A DNA stretch of 64,000 nt, taken from Arcobacteraceae bacterium. GTDB taxonomy: Bacteria; Campylobacterota; Campylobacteria; Campylobacterales; Arcobacteraceae. Shown here piece by piece: positions 43,293-52,082 of the stretch. The notes under the pieces were generated by a model. It was not told the origin of the DNA. It was given only the letters and a program-made list of their open reading frames with translations, and did not search any database. The stretch spans positions 544,001-608,000 of the forward strand of contig OY759974.1 in assembly GCA_963662945.1 (NCBI GenBank), given 5' to 3'. The number at the start of each line of letters is the position of its first letter. Position 1 is the first letter of the stretch. Position numbers and translations under genes: made by a program.

Positions 43293-43814
43293 TTGGATTT
43301 TATTTATATTATTATGGCTATATTGCTACTTGTATTCATCGTATTTCTATTAACAAAAACATTTTTATTTACTTCTCATTATCCTAAAGAATCTGTGAAC
43401 TTATTAACACAAGTTTTTGGAGAACAAGATTTTTCTCAAAATGGAGATATCTTTCAATTACAAGAAAAACTTCATATTAAATTTCATCCACAAAACAACC
43501 ACGAAAACTCACTTCAAAATATTATAGAAGTCACAAAACATAAAATAGATGTTATATATACACAAAATATGAGTAAAAACAAACCTTATGATGAAACAAC
43601 AACATTTCAAATTTTAGCAAATGAAGTTATTGATTATAGTATCAAAAAAAATATAAACCTTAAAGGTGCTATTCGATTATTATTTTTAACTTTAAATAAC
43701 AAAGTATTAGAATCTATTTTAGATGAAAAAAAACAAGAAAAAGAGTTTATAAACTTATTCTATGACTTACTTCCAAATTTTGTAAATAAATATAATAAAA
43801 GATTCACAGAATAA
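43293..43814 (+). CDS. Hypothetical membrane-anchored protein
   Basis: AGGAG RBS, TTG start, N-terminal TM. Confidence 0.6.
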   Translation: MDFIYIIMAILLLVFIVFLLTKTFLFTSHYPKESVNLLTQVFGEQDFSQNGDIFQLQEKLHIKFHPQNNHENSLQNIIEVTKHKIDVIYTQNMSKNKPYDETTTFQILANEVIDYSIKKNINLKGAIRLLFLTLNNKVLESILDEKKQEKEFINLFYDLLPNFVNKYNKRFTE

Positions 43815-43847
43815 AAACTTTTAAATAATAATTGTAAAAGAGGTCTT

Positions 43848-44774
43848 ATGATAAATTATCAAGAAGTATTAGATGAAATATTCCAAGAGATACAACCAAC
43901 ACTTTCAAAAGGAAAAGTTGCTGACTATATTCCTGCTTTAGCTAAAGTTCTTCCAAATCAATTTGCTATGAGTATCACACTTTTAGATGGAACAAGTCAT
44001 CATATAGGATGTAGTGACACTAAATTTTCTATTCAAAGTATCTCTAAAGTATTTACATTTACAAAAGCTTTAAATATCTATAGTCGTGAACTTTATAAAA
44101 AAGTAGGAATAGAACCATCAGGAAATCCCTTTAACTCTTTGGTACAATTAGAATACGAACATGGTATTCCTAGAAATCCATTTATTAATGCAGGGGCAAT
44201 AGTAGTTACAGATACACTTCTATCGCACTACAAAAATGTCGATAATACTTATGATAACATCATAAGATTTATCCAAGAAATAAGTGATAATCAAGAGATT
44301 ACTTTTGATAAAGATGTTTGGTTTTCAGAATATAGACACGGTCATAGAAATATAGCTTTGGCTAATCTTATGAAAAGTTTTCATAACCTTGATAACAATG
44401 TAGATGATGTAGTCAAAACCTATTTTAAACAATGTTCTATTACGATGACTACAAAAGAACTTTCTCGTGCTATGTTATTTTATGCAAATCATGGTGTAGA
44501 TCCTATTACAAATAAACAATTTATAACTACAAGTCAAGCCAAAAGAATAAATGCTGTTATGCTTACTTGTGGTCATTATGATGCTAGTGGAGATTTTGCA
44601 TTTCATGTGGGGTTACCTGGTAAAAGTGGTGTTGGTGGTGGTATCGTTGCTGTTGTTCCAAAAGTTATGAGTATAGCTGTCTTTAGTCCAAGATTAAATA
44701 GTTGGGGGAACTCATATAGTGGTACAAAAGCACTAGAACTTTTTACCAATAAAACAGCTTTATCAATTTTTTAA
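43848..44774 (+). CDS. glsA: Glutaminase
   Basis: GKVADYIPAL, SIQSISK, EPSG.PFNS, PGKSGVGGG. Confidence 0.93.
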   Translation: MINYQEVLDEIFQEIQPTLSKGKVADYIPALAKVLPNQFAMSITLLDGTSHHIGCSDTKFSIQSISKVFTFTKALNIYSRELYKKVGIEPSGNPFNSLVQLEYEHGIPRNPFINAGAIVVTDTLLSHYKNVDNTYDNIIRFIQEISDNQEITFDKDVWFSEYRHGHRNIALANLMKSFHNLDNNVDDVVKTYFKQCSITMTTKELSRAMLFYANHGVDPITNKQFITTSQAKRINAVMLTCGHYDASGDFAFHVGLPGKSGVGGGIVAVVPKVMSIAVFSPRLNSWGNSYSGTKALELFTNKTALSIF

Positions 44775-45094
44775 AAAAAAGTTTTTTTTCTAAGAAAAAT
44801 AAAAAATATTTAACAAAATTTTCGATGAAAAAAAGCTATTTTTTTCCTTAGAAATGCGGTAGATAAAGGGCTCTATAAAGGTAAAGTAAAATTCAGAAAT
44901 CTTTCAGCTTAAAAATCTCATTTTTAGTTTATAATTTCAATTACGAATAAGGGAAAAAAAAGAACCCTAATATCTATAGTTATAATTGGCGTTAGACTTG
45001 TAGATATCAGAGTTAAAAAATGTTGTGTATTCTCTAAAAAAGAATACATTTATACTAACAAAAAAAACTTATCTTAAAATTAAAGGAAGTATAA

Positions 45095-45322
45095 ATGATA
45101 CTAAAAAAAGTTGCGATTTTTGTAATTGCTTCAATTCTTTGTGTAAATCTAATTGCAGCTGAAGAGGTTGCATCTGAAAATAAAACTGCTGACAAATGTG
45201 AAGCTGCGTATTCACAATGTTTAACTGTTTGTGATTCAAGTGGTGAATCAAATGTAGAAAAATGTTATGACAAATGTGACGAAATTTATTCTGCTTGTCT
45301 AGAAAACGCACAAGAAAAATAA
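45095..45322 (+). CDS. Small secreted six-cysteine protein
   Basis: Signal peptide; C-x6-C-x3-C-x10-C-x3-C-x6-C; AAGGA RBS. Confidence 0.75.
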   Translation: MILKKVAIFVIASILCVNLIAAEEVASENKTADKCEAAYSQCLTVCDSSGESNVEKCYDKCDEIYSACLENAQEK

Positions 45323-45383
45323 CCAAAAAATTCTGAAAAAAATCCCCCTTATTCTAATAATCCATTACTAGTAGTAACAATAT

Positions 45384-46100
45384 ATGCAAATATCAAATCA
45401 CATATATTGTGATAATCTTTTTAAAGATATCACAATTGAAAATCTTCTCTTACCAAATCCATACAAAGAGTATCCCTATTTGATAATAGAAAATTTTTTT
45501 ACTCCTGAACTTTTAAAAGAGATAGTTGACTATTCAAAACAAAAAGATGATATTGCCCAAGCAAAAATTAAAGCAACTCTAGTGGATGGAATTATTCAAC
45601 CAAAACTTAATGAGAAACAAAGAAAAACAAATATTCTTAAACTCAATAAACTCTTTTTAAATATCTATAATAAACAATTTCAACACTTCCAACCACAAAT
45701 TGAAGAGTTTTTCAATACCCCTTTAACTTTTAGCACAAAAGTGCAGATGCTTCAATACAAAAAAGGTTTTTTCTACAAAAAACACGCTGATGATTCAAGT
45801 GAACTTGTAGATGAAAATGGAAAAACAGTTGGATTTGTCAATGTGGCTAGCCAGAGAAAAGTCACTACTGTACTTTTTGCTACAACTTGTCAAGATGAAA
45901 ATGATGGTTATAGTTTTAGCGGAGGTGAGTTAGTATTTAACTACCTTTACGATAAAGAGGGCAATCAAATAAAACTCAAACCAAAAGCTGGTGATATGGT
46001 GATATTCCCAAGTAATCCATACTTTAGCCATGAGGTTTTACCAGTAACTGATGGATATAGACTTACTCTTGTGCAATGGCATGATGGGATCATTCAGTAA
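45384..46100 (+). CDS. 2OG-Fe(II) oxygenase (prolyl-4-hydroxylase-like)
   Basis: HAD, GGEL, FPS...HEVLPV..GYR.TLV.W. Confidence 0.85.
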   Translation: MQISNHIYCDNLFKDITIENLLLPNPYKEYPYLIIENFFTPELLKEIVDYSKQKDDIAQAKIKATLVDGIIQPKLNEKQRKTNILKLNKLFLNIYNKQFQHFQPQIEEFFNTPLTFSTKVQMLQYKKGFFYKKHADDSSELVDENGKTVGFVNVASQRKVTTVLFATTCQDENDGYSFSGGELVFNYLYDKEGNQIKLKPKAGDMVIFPSNPYFSHEVLPVTDGYRLTLVQWHDGIIQ

Positions 46101-46157
46101 ACTTTTCTAGAAAAATAAAATACTATCTAAATTATAATTTTTAAAATTTGTAAAAAA

Positions 46158-46192
46158 TGTGACACTAGATGTGACATAGTTTAGGTAAACTA
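46158..46192 (+). promoter_or_regulatory. TGTGACA-N5-TGTGACAT motif (copy 1) with -10-like TAAACT
   Basis: Exact reverse complement of 51366-51385. Confidence 0.65.
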
Positions 46193-46250
46193 ATGGCATA
46201 AATTGTTATTATTGACTATAACAATTAAACAACAAAAATATGGAGAAAAA

Positions 46251-46697
46251 ATGAAGATTAACTTATCATTAATTGCAACAGGATTTATAGGTATAACATT
46301 AGTAGTTGGATTTACAGGTTGTGGAGCAAAAGGAAAACAATTTTCTGGTTTCAAAACACCATCAGAAGGTAAAGGGATAGTCTATGTATATAGACCATCA
46401 AGTTTCGTAGGTGCTGGAGTTTATTATGATGTCAAAAATAAAACAAACAATGATGAAGTTATTGGAACATTAAGAAATGGTGGTTTTATTTCAAAAGAGA
46501 TGACACCAGGTAAGAAAATTATATGGGCAAAAACTGAAGCTACTTCTACAGTTACAGTAGATGTAAAAGAGAATGATATTGTTTGTGTTCAGGGTAGTGT
46601 TAATATGGGACTTTTAGTGGGTAGACCTGATTTAAAAAATGTAGATAAATCAGTATGTGAAATAGAAATAAAAGATACTAAAGAAAGTATAGAGTGA
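46251..46697 (+). CDS. DUF2846-like lipoprotein
   Basis: Lipobox FTG-C; VYVYRP.SFVG, G.L.NGGF, G..VGRP; GGAG RBS. Confidence 0.8.
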   Translation: MKINLSLIATGFIGITLVVGFTGCGAKGKQFSGFKTPSEGKGIVYVYRPSSFVGAGVYYDVKNKTNNDEVIGTLRNGGFISKEMTPGKKIIWAKTEATSTVTVDVKENDIVCVQGSVNMGLLVGRPDLKNVDKSVCEIEIKDTKESIE

Positions 46698-47894
46698 CTA
46701 AATGTCACTCATATTTTCATAATGTTCAGCTCGTAATCTTTTCGCATACAATAAAAACAAAATACCAATACTAGCTATAAAAGCTGTAAGATACAAAGTG
46801 GTATTATAATTGCCATATTTCTCTATCAAAGCTATACTATAAAGTGGTGCACTCACCTGCCCTATCCCATAAGCAGCTGTCATAGAACCCATAAATATCA
46901 CAGGATTTTTTCCAGCTAACTTTCCACCATAGTGCATAAAAAGAGCCACATGACCTATAAAGGTACTTCCGTACAGAGCTCCACTTAAAAGGTTTAGATA
47001 AATATTATTGCTCAATGTAGGTATCAAGATACCAACTATCTGTAATACAAAAGCTAAGATGATGATATCTACACTATTGTATCTATGGGCAAGTCTCATC
47101 CAAATAATTGCAGAGGGAATACCAGCAACTCCAACCACAAGCCAACCTAAACTCCCATAACCATCAAGCCCCTCTAAAGAGTTAATAATATCTGGAAAAA
47201 ATGTAGCTTGAACCACGAAGCTCACCCCTGCTGTAAAATAGGCTAAGATTAGTAATATAACATAAGGTGTAAACATATCTTTTGAAACTTTATGTTTCGT
47301 TGCCTCTTTTTTTAACTCTTTATCAAAAGATAAAATATAAATAGCATAAATAGACGCAAAAAAAGCAAAGATAGTAAGTACCATCCAAGCATCACTCCAA
47401 GTACCACTTTTCAAAGTGTATTGGGATATGAGTTCACTTACAGTTATAGCAAAACCTATCCCACTAAAATGTATCCCCATAGCTTTTGTTTTATCTTCAT
47501 AGTTGAGTTTCACCATAACTATAGCCCCACCAACTATCAAAACCATAGCAGACCCAAATCCAGCAATTACACGAGATACAAACCATAAAATTTCATTTGT
47601 AGTAGTTGCCAATACAAGTGTAGTTAAGACACTTAAAATTATCCCTATCCTAAAGTATTTCACTTTACTATTGATATCTTTTAAAAATATACTAAATACA
47701 GCACCACTTAGATACCCAGCATAGTTAAAAGAAGCAAAAAGCCCAGCATTGGTCACACTTAAAAAATCTTCAAGCATAGAGGGAAGCAGTGTAGTAAATG
47801 CAAATCTTGCAACCCCAACACCTATGATGATACTTATAATCCCTGCAAGGAGTATATTGAAGTTTTTGTTTTTATCTAATAAATTTATGTTCAT
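46698..47894 (-). CDS. YbfB/YjiJ-family MFS transporter
   Basis: GVARFAFT.LLP.M, NYAGYL.GA, 12-TM pattern. Confidence 0.85.
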   Translation of the reverse strand: MNINLLDKNKNFNILLAGIISIIIGVGVARFAFTTLLPSMLEDFLSVTNAGLFASFNYAGYLSGAVFSIFLKDINSKVKYFRIGIILSVLTTLVLATTTNEILWFVSRVIAGFGSAMVLIVGGAIVMVKLNYEDKTKAMGIHFSGIGFAITVSELISQYTLKSGTWSDAWMVLTIFAFFASIYAIYILSFDKELKKEATKHKVSKDMFTPYVILLILAYFTAGVSFVVQATFFPDIINSLEGLDGYGSLGWLVVGVAGIPSAIIWMRLAHRYNSVDIIILAFVLQIVGILIPTLSNNIYLNLLSGALYGSTFIGHVALFMHYGGKLAGKNPVIFMGSMTAAYGIGQVSAPLYSIALIEKYGNYNTTLYLTAFIASIGILFLLYAKRLRAEHYENMSDI

Positions 47895-47929
47895 TTTTTT
47901 CTTTTATATGTAGAAATTATTTGATTTTT

Positions 47930-50900
47930 TTATTTTAATATTTGAATAATTCTTTCCACTATTTGACTAAGCCCTTTATCTAACTCATTTCTATTTGCAA
48001 GGTCTTTTAAAGACAAAATTGTTTCTTCACTTTGTTTAGTGAGTGGATTTATATTTTTTCCATAAGCAAGATATTGAAATTTACCAAGTCCTAAAATAGC
48101 CTCTTGTTTTTCAGTTGGATTTTTTATTGCACTTCCTAATTTATCTAATCCTACAAAATCACTTACTATAACTGGTAAAATCTTCTTATTAGTATTTTGA
48201 GCTATCATCTCCATCCCTTTTACAACCTCCTCTTCTAAAATATAAGCAGATGTAAAAAAGTTAGCTGAAAGCATATAAATTATTAGGTCACTTTCCTCAA
48301 GCTCTCTTTGAATTTGATCATGCCATTTACCAATTTGTATATCCTCACAAGCCCAATTGTCAGCTAAATCAAAAAACTTTAATACACTTAAGTGTTTTCT
48401 TAATTCGTCTCTAAAATCAATATCTTTTCTTGAATATGATATAAATATCTTTTTCATCTTACTTATCTCCTTGTTATCTGAAATATTTTTAAATGCTCTT
48501 GTTGAAAGAACTATACTATTTTCTTTATTTATTTGTTTCTCTTTTATATTAAAAGCGATAATTTGTTCTTTTGTTTTTTCTTCATCTTCTAGTGTTTTAT
48601 AATGAACAAAGTGTTTGTTATTTAACGATATATATAAATCATCAGGAATAACCTTTTTAGTTTGTAATCTTTTTTCTAAAATTTCATTATTCTCTTTATG
48701 TTTGTTCTGTTCTATCTCATTTTCTTTTCTTGATGGATATAATTTACTTTCATATATTTCAATATCATTATATAACATCAATATCTCTTCAAAAAGGTAT
48801 TTCTGTGTCTCATCTATATCTTTTTTTGAAGTTTTATTATCCCCTATTACATATAATTTTATTTTTAATTCTTCAAAATCAAGTCTTATAAATACTTTGA
48901 TATGTTTATTGTTAAGTGTAAAAAGTAGCACATCTTTCCAATATTTCTTTATATCAGGAGTTCTGCCGTAAATACTAATCAATCGATTCATAAATCCAAA
49001 AGGAATAAAATACTCAAACTTCAAAGTTATACAAGGTGTTTGTATATCAAAGATATATAAAAAATCAGAACTATCTTCATTTATCCTAGGAAGATAACTA
49101 GGAACTATATAATACTTTTCGTTTGATATATCATCTGAAAATATCACTTTATTTTCTATAAGCATTAACACCAAATTTTCATCATTACAAAGTTTTCCAA
49201 ATTTATCTTTTGGTACTCTCCCTTTGTATGTAGATAGACTAGATACATCGAATATCTCATCATGTATTTTTTTTAGTGTTTTAGATGGATTAAGCCACGC
49301 TATTTTTGATAGTTCTTTATTATGAGGATAATAAAGTATCAATCCCTGCCTTGCAAGTTGATTTAAAATAAAATTAATTCTCTCTTTTGCATCTGGAAAC
49401 TTATCTACTATTGCAGATATTTCTATAGCATCGGGGCTATTTTGTTCAAAGATATATTTTTCTACTGCTATATCTATAGGGAGCTTTTTTATCATTTCAC
49501 TATTATCTATCTCATTTTTTAAATGTTTTTTTAATGAATCTAAATCTATATCATTAGTATTTTTATTATTTATATGAAACTGTCTATATATTTTTTTTGA
49601 AAGAATTTTATTATCCAAAAACTCTACACCATCATCATCAATATGTGTTTGAATAAGCCAGTACCTATTTAATAATACTTTTTCTTTATCTTTTTTATCA
49701 CCATTACTATTATAATTTTCATCAAAATTCCAAAGCTGTTTTATCCAATAATCTTTTGTAAAATTCTGAGTCTTTTCATTTCTTTTACTTTCATCATCAG
49801 ATAGAGTATTATTATCAGTTTGTTTTTTCCAAAAAATTAAACTTGTGGCATGATTTGTCATAAATGCTTTATATATCCCATGATAATAATCTTGTCCACC
49901 AAAATCATATATAATAGCTTTTTTATTTTCGTTATTTGGATAGGAAACAATATTAAGTATATGAGTACTTCCTGTTTGTGAATTATCTTCTATAAAGTGA
50001 TTTAAAAATTCACTCTTACCTGAGCTGTGATTTCCAACTAGCATTATTTTTTTTATACTTTTTATATCTTTTGCACTTTTACTACTAATACCTTGAAAAT
50101 AATCTTTTAGATCTTGAAGATTATTTGAGTCATAAGTTTCATCAAGCTTGAAATCAATTAATTCTTCTAAAAAAGGATTTTTGTAAATCCGCAATTCATC
50201 AAGTTCAGGTAAAGATTTTAACTCTTTTATACTCTTCATATCACTTATCTGATTCCTTGATAAATCTAATTTTTGTAAAGATTTTAACTCTTTTATACTC
50301 TCTATATCACTTATCTGATTATTTGATAAATATAATGTTTGTAAAGATTTTAACTCTTTTATACTCTTTATATCACTTATCTGATTATTTGATAAATATA
50401 ATGTTTGTAAAGATTTTAACTCTTTTATACTCTTTATATCACTTATCTGATTACTCCATAAATATAATGCTTGTAAAGATTTTAACTCTTTTATACTCTC
50501 TATATCACTTATCTGATTATTTGATAAATATAATGTTTGTAAAGATTTTAACTCTTTTATACTCTTTATATCACTTATCTGATTATCTGATAAATCTAAT
50601 TCTTGTAAAGATTTTAACTCTTTTATACTCTCTATATCATTTATCTTATTATATGATAAATCTAATTCTTGTAAAGATTTTAACTCTTTTATACTCTCTA
50701 TATCACTTATCTGATTATCTGATAAATCTAATTCTTGTAAAGATTTTAACTCTTTTATACTCTCTATATCATTTATCTGATTCCTTGATAAATATAATGT
50801 TTGTAAAGATTTTAACTCTTTTATACTCTTTATATCACTTATCTGATTACTCCATAAATATAATGTTTGTAAAGATTTTAACTCTTTTATACTCTTTATA

Positions 50901-51319
50901 TCACTTATCTGATTACTCCATAAATATAATGTTTGTAAAGATTTTAACTCTTTTATACTCTTTATATCACTTATCTGATTCCTTGATAAATCTAATTTTT
51001 GTAAAGATTTTAACTCTTTTATACTCTCTATATCACTTATCTGATTATCTGATAAATCTAATTTTTGTAAAGATTTTAACTCTTTTATACTCTCTATATC
51101 ACTTATCTGATTATCTGATAAATCTAATTTTTGTAAAGATTTTAACTCTTTTATACTCTCTATATCACTTATCTGATTATTTGATAAATTTAAACCTACT
51201 ATATTATTATCTTTATCTAATACATAGCCACCTTGATAGATGTTATATACCTCTTCTAAAGTAATACCATATGTTTTTTCCAATTCTAATATTAAATTTG
51301 GTTTTTCATTTTTCTTCAT
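47930..51319 (-). CDS. LRR-Roc-COR-TIR protein (bacterial Roco with C-terminal TIR)
   Basis: 15 LRRs; P-loop GNHSSGKS, STH, DFGGQ, THID; COR-like region; TIR IFISYSRKD...LSANFF.S.YI...E (47930-48457). Confidence 0.88.
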   Translation of the reverse strand: MKKNEKPNLILELEKTYGITLEEVYNIYQGGYVLDKDNNIVGLNLSNNQISDIESIKELKSLQKLDLSDNQISDIESIKELKSLQKLDLSDNQISDIESIKELKSLQKLDLSRNQISDIKSIKELKSLQTLYLWSNQISDIKSIKELKSLQTLYLWSNQISDIKSIKELKSLQTLYLSRNQINDIESIKELKSLQELDLSDNQISDIESIKELKSLQELDLSYNKINDIESIKELKSLQELDLSDNQISDIKSIKELKSLQTLYLSNNQISDIESIKELKSLQALYLWSNQISDIKSIKELKSLQTLYLSNNQISDIKSIKELKSLQTLYLSNNQISDIESIKELKSLQKLDLSRNQISDMKSIKELKSLPELDELRIYKNPFLEELIDFKLDETYDSNNLQDLKDYFQGISSKSAKDIKSIKKIMLVGNHSSGKSEFLNHFIEDNSQTGSTHILNIVSYPNNENKKAIIYDFGGQDYYHGIYKAFMTNHATSLIFWKKQTDNNTLSDDESKRNEKTQNFTKDYWIKQLWNFDENYNSNGDKKDKEKVLLNRYWLIQTHIDDDGVEFLDNKILSKKIYRQFHINNKNTNDIDLDSLKKHLKNEIDNSEMIKKLPIDIAVEKYIFEQNSPDAIEISAIVDKFPDAKERINFILNQLARQGLILYYPHNKELSKIAWLNPSKTLKKIHDEIFDVSSLSTYKGRVPKDKFGKLCNDENLVLMLIENKVIFSDDISNEKYYIVPSYLPRINEDSSDFLYIFDIQTPCITLKFEYFIPFGFMNRLISIYGRTPDIKKYWKDVLLFTLNNKHIKVFIRLDFEELKIKLYVIGDNKTSKKDIDETQKYLFEEILMLYNDIEIYESKLYPSRKENEIEQNKHKENNEILEKRLQTKKVIPDDLYISLNNKHFVHYKTLEDEEKTKEQIIAFNIKEKQINKENSIVLSTRAFKNISDNKEISKMKKIFISYSRKDIDFRDELRKHLSVLKFFDLADNWACEDIQIGKWHDQIQRELEESDLIIYMLSANFFTSAYILEEEVVKGMEMIAQNTNKKILPVIVSDFVGLDKLGSAIKNPTEKQEAILGLGKFQYLAYGKNINPLTKQSEETILSLKDLANRNELDKGLSQIVERIIQILK
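50213..51202 (-). repeat. 15 x 66-bp coding tandem repeat (22-aa LRR)
   Basis: Unit LQxLxLxxNQISDIxSIKELKS with an almost invariant DNA framework. Confidence 0.95.
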
Positions 51320-51351
51320 AATATAATATCCTATATTTTATATTGATAATT

Positions 51352-51385
51352 ATTTTATCATATCAATGTCACATCTAGTGTCACA
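51352..51385 (-). promoter_or_regulatory. TGTGACA-N5-TGTGACAT motif (copy 2) with extended -10 TGATAAAAT
   Basis: Same 20-mer and same spacing to the -10 hexamer as copy 1. Confidence 0.65.
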
Positions 51386-52082
51386 AAAAATTTAAACTTC
51401 TATTTTCTTTTAAAAAGCACCCAACACCATAAGGCTTTTTAGAATAATAATGTTTCCCATGCTCAACAATAAGTGCATGGTATTCTTGATATATTTTTCT
51501 TCTTTCATCTGTATCTTCTATCTCTTTTTCTAAAGCATCTTCAAATATCTTTTTTATATCCCTATACTTAGACTTTTCATCAATCAAACCAAGTTCTAAA
51601 AGCAATCTTTTAGTATAGGCATCTACTTTAAATTGCGCTTGATTATAACCATATAACAAAATAGAATCTGCTGTTTCTTCCCCTATTCCTTTTACTTTTA
51701 AAAGCTCTTCCCTACTTGGAACAGCCCCATTTAATGTATCAAAAAACTGTATAAACTCCAAAATATAATTTGCTTTTTGGTTAAAATACCCTGCTGGTTT
51801 TATAAGTGTTTTAAGTTTCTCTACATCCATAGCTTTTATAGCAACACTAGTGATACAATTATTTTCTTGTAAGTTGTTCATAGCTTTTGTAACAGATATA
51901 AAAGTAGTATTTTGCGTCAAAATTGACCCCAAGGCAACTTCAAATATTTGATCACTATTTTTAGGATAGCTATAATCATTTGGATGATAACCTATATCTA
52001 AAAAAGGCCACCAACCTTGTGCCCCATAATGTTTAAAAAGTGTTAAATAAATTTTGTAAATACTATTTGAAGTTTCCATCAA
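51381..52082 (-). CDS. HhH-GPD endonuclease III-related protein
   Basis: GSILTQNT, IKPAGYFNQKA, LLKVKGIGEETADSILLY, VDAYTKR, YQEYHALIVEHGK. Confidence 0.85.
   Translation of the reverse strand: MMETSNSIYKIYLTLFKHYGAQGWWPFLDIGYHPNDYSYPKNSDQIFEVALGSILTQNTTFISVTKAMNNLQENNCITSVAIKAMDVEKLKTLIKPAGYFNQKANYILEFIQFFDTLNGAVPSREELLKVKGIGEETADSILLYGYNQAQFKVDAYTKRLLLELGLIDEKSKYRDIKKIFEDALEKEIEDTDERRKIYQEYHALIVEHGKHYYSKKPYGVGCFLKENRSLNFL

Noticed and set aside
44985-44997. ggcGTTAGAC resembling an attC right end
   Set aside because: No upstream R'' (TAAC) or L box at suitable spacing, so not called a solitary attC
44860-45090. Known riboswitch (e.g. c-di-GMP-I) upstream of the Cys-rich peptide
   Set aside because: Diagnostic conserved motifs were not recognisable; kept only as a generic structured leader
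50213-51202. 66-bp repeats as a CRISPR array
   Set aside because: Units are contiguous, in frame and encode LRRs; there are no unique spacers and no cas genes
50213-51202. Diversity-generating retroelement acting on the LRRs
   Set aside because: Many changes are at A positions, but TCA/TGG and AAT/AGG involve non-A bases, and no reverse transcriptase or template repeat is in the window
50257-51264. 335-aa plus-strand ORF
   Set aside because: Antisense shadow of the repeat array; it stays open only because the repeated unit lacks a stop in that frame
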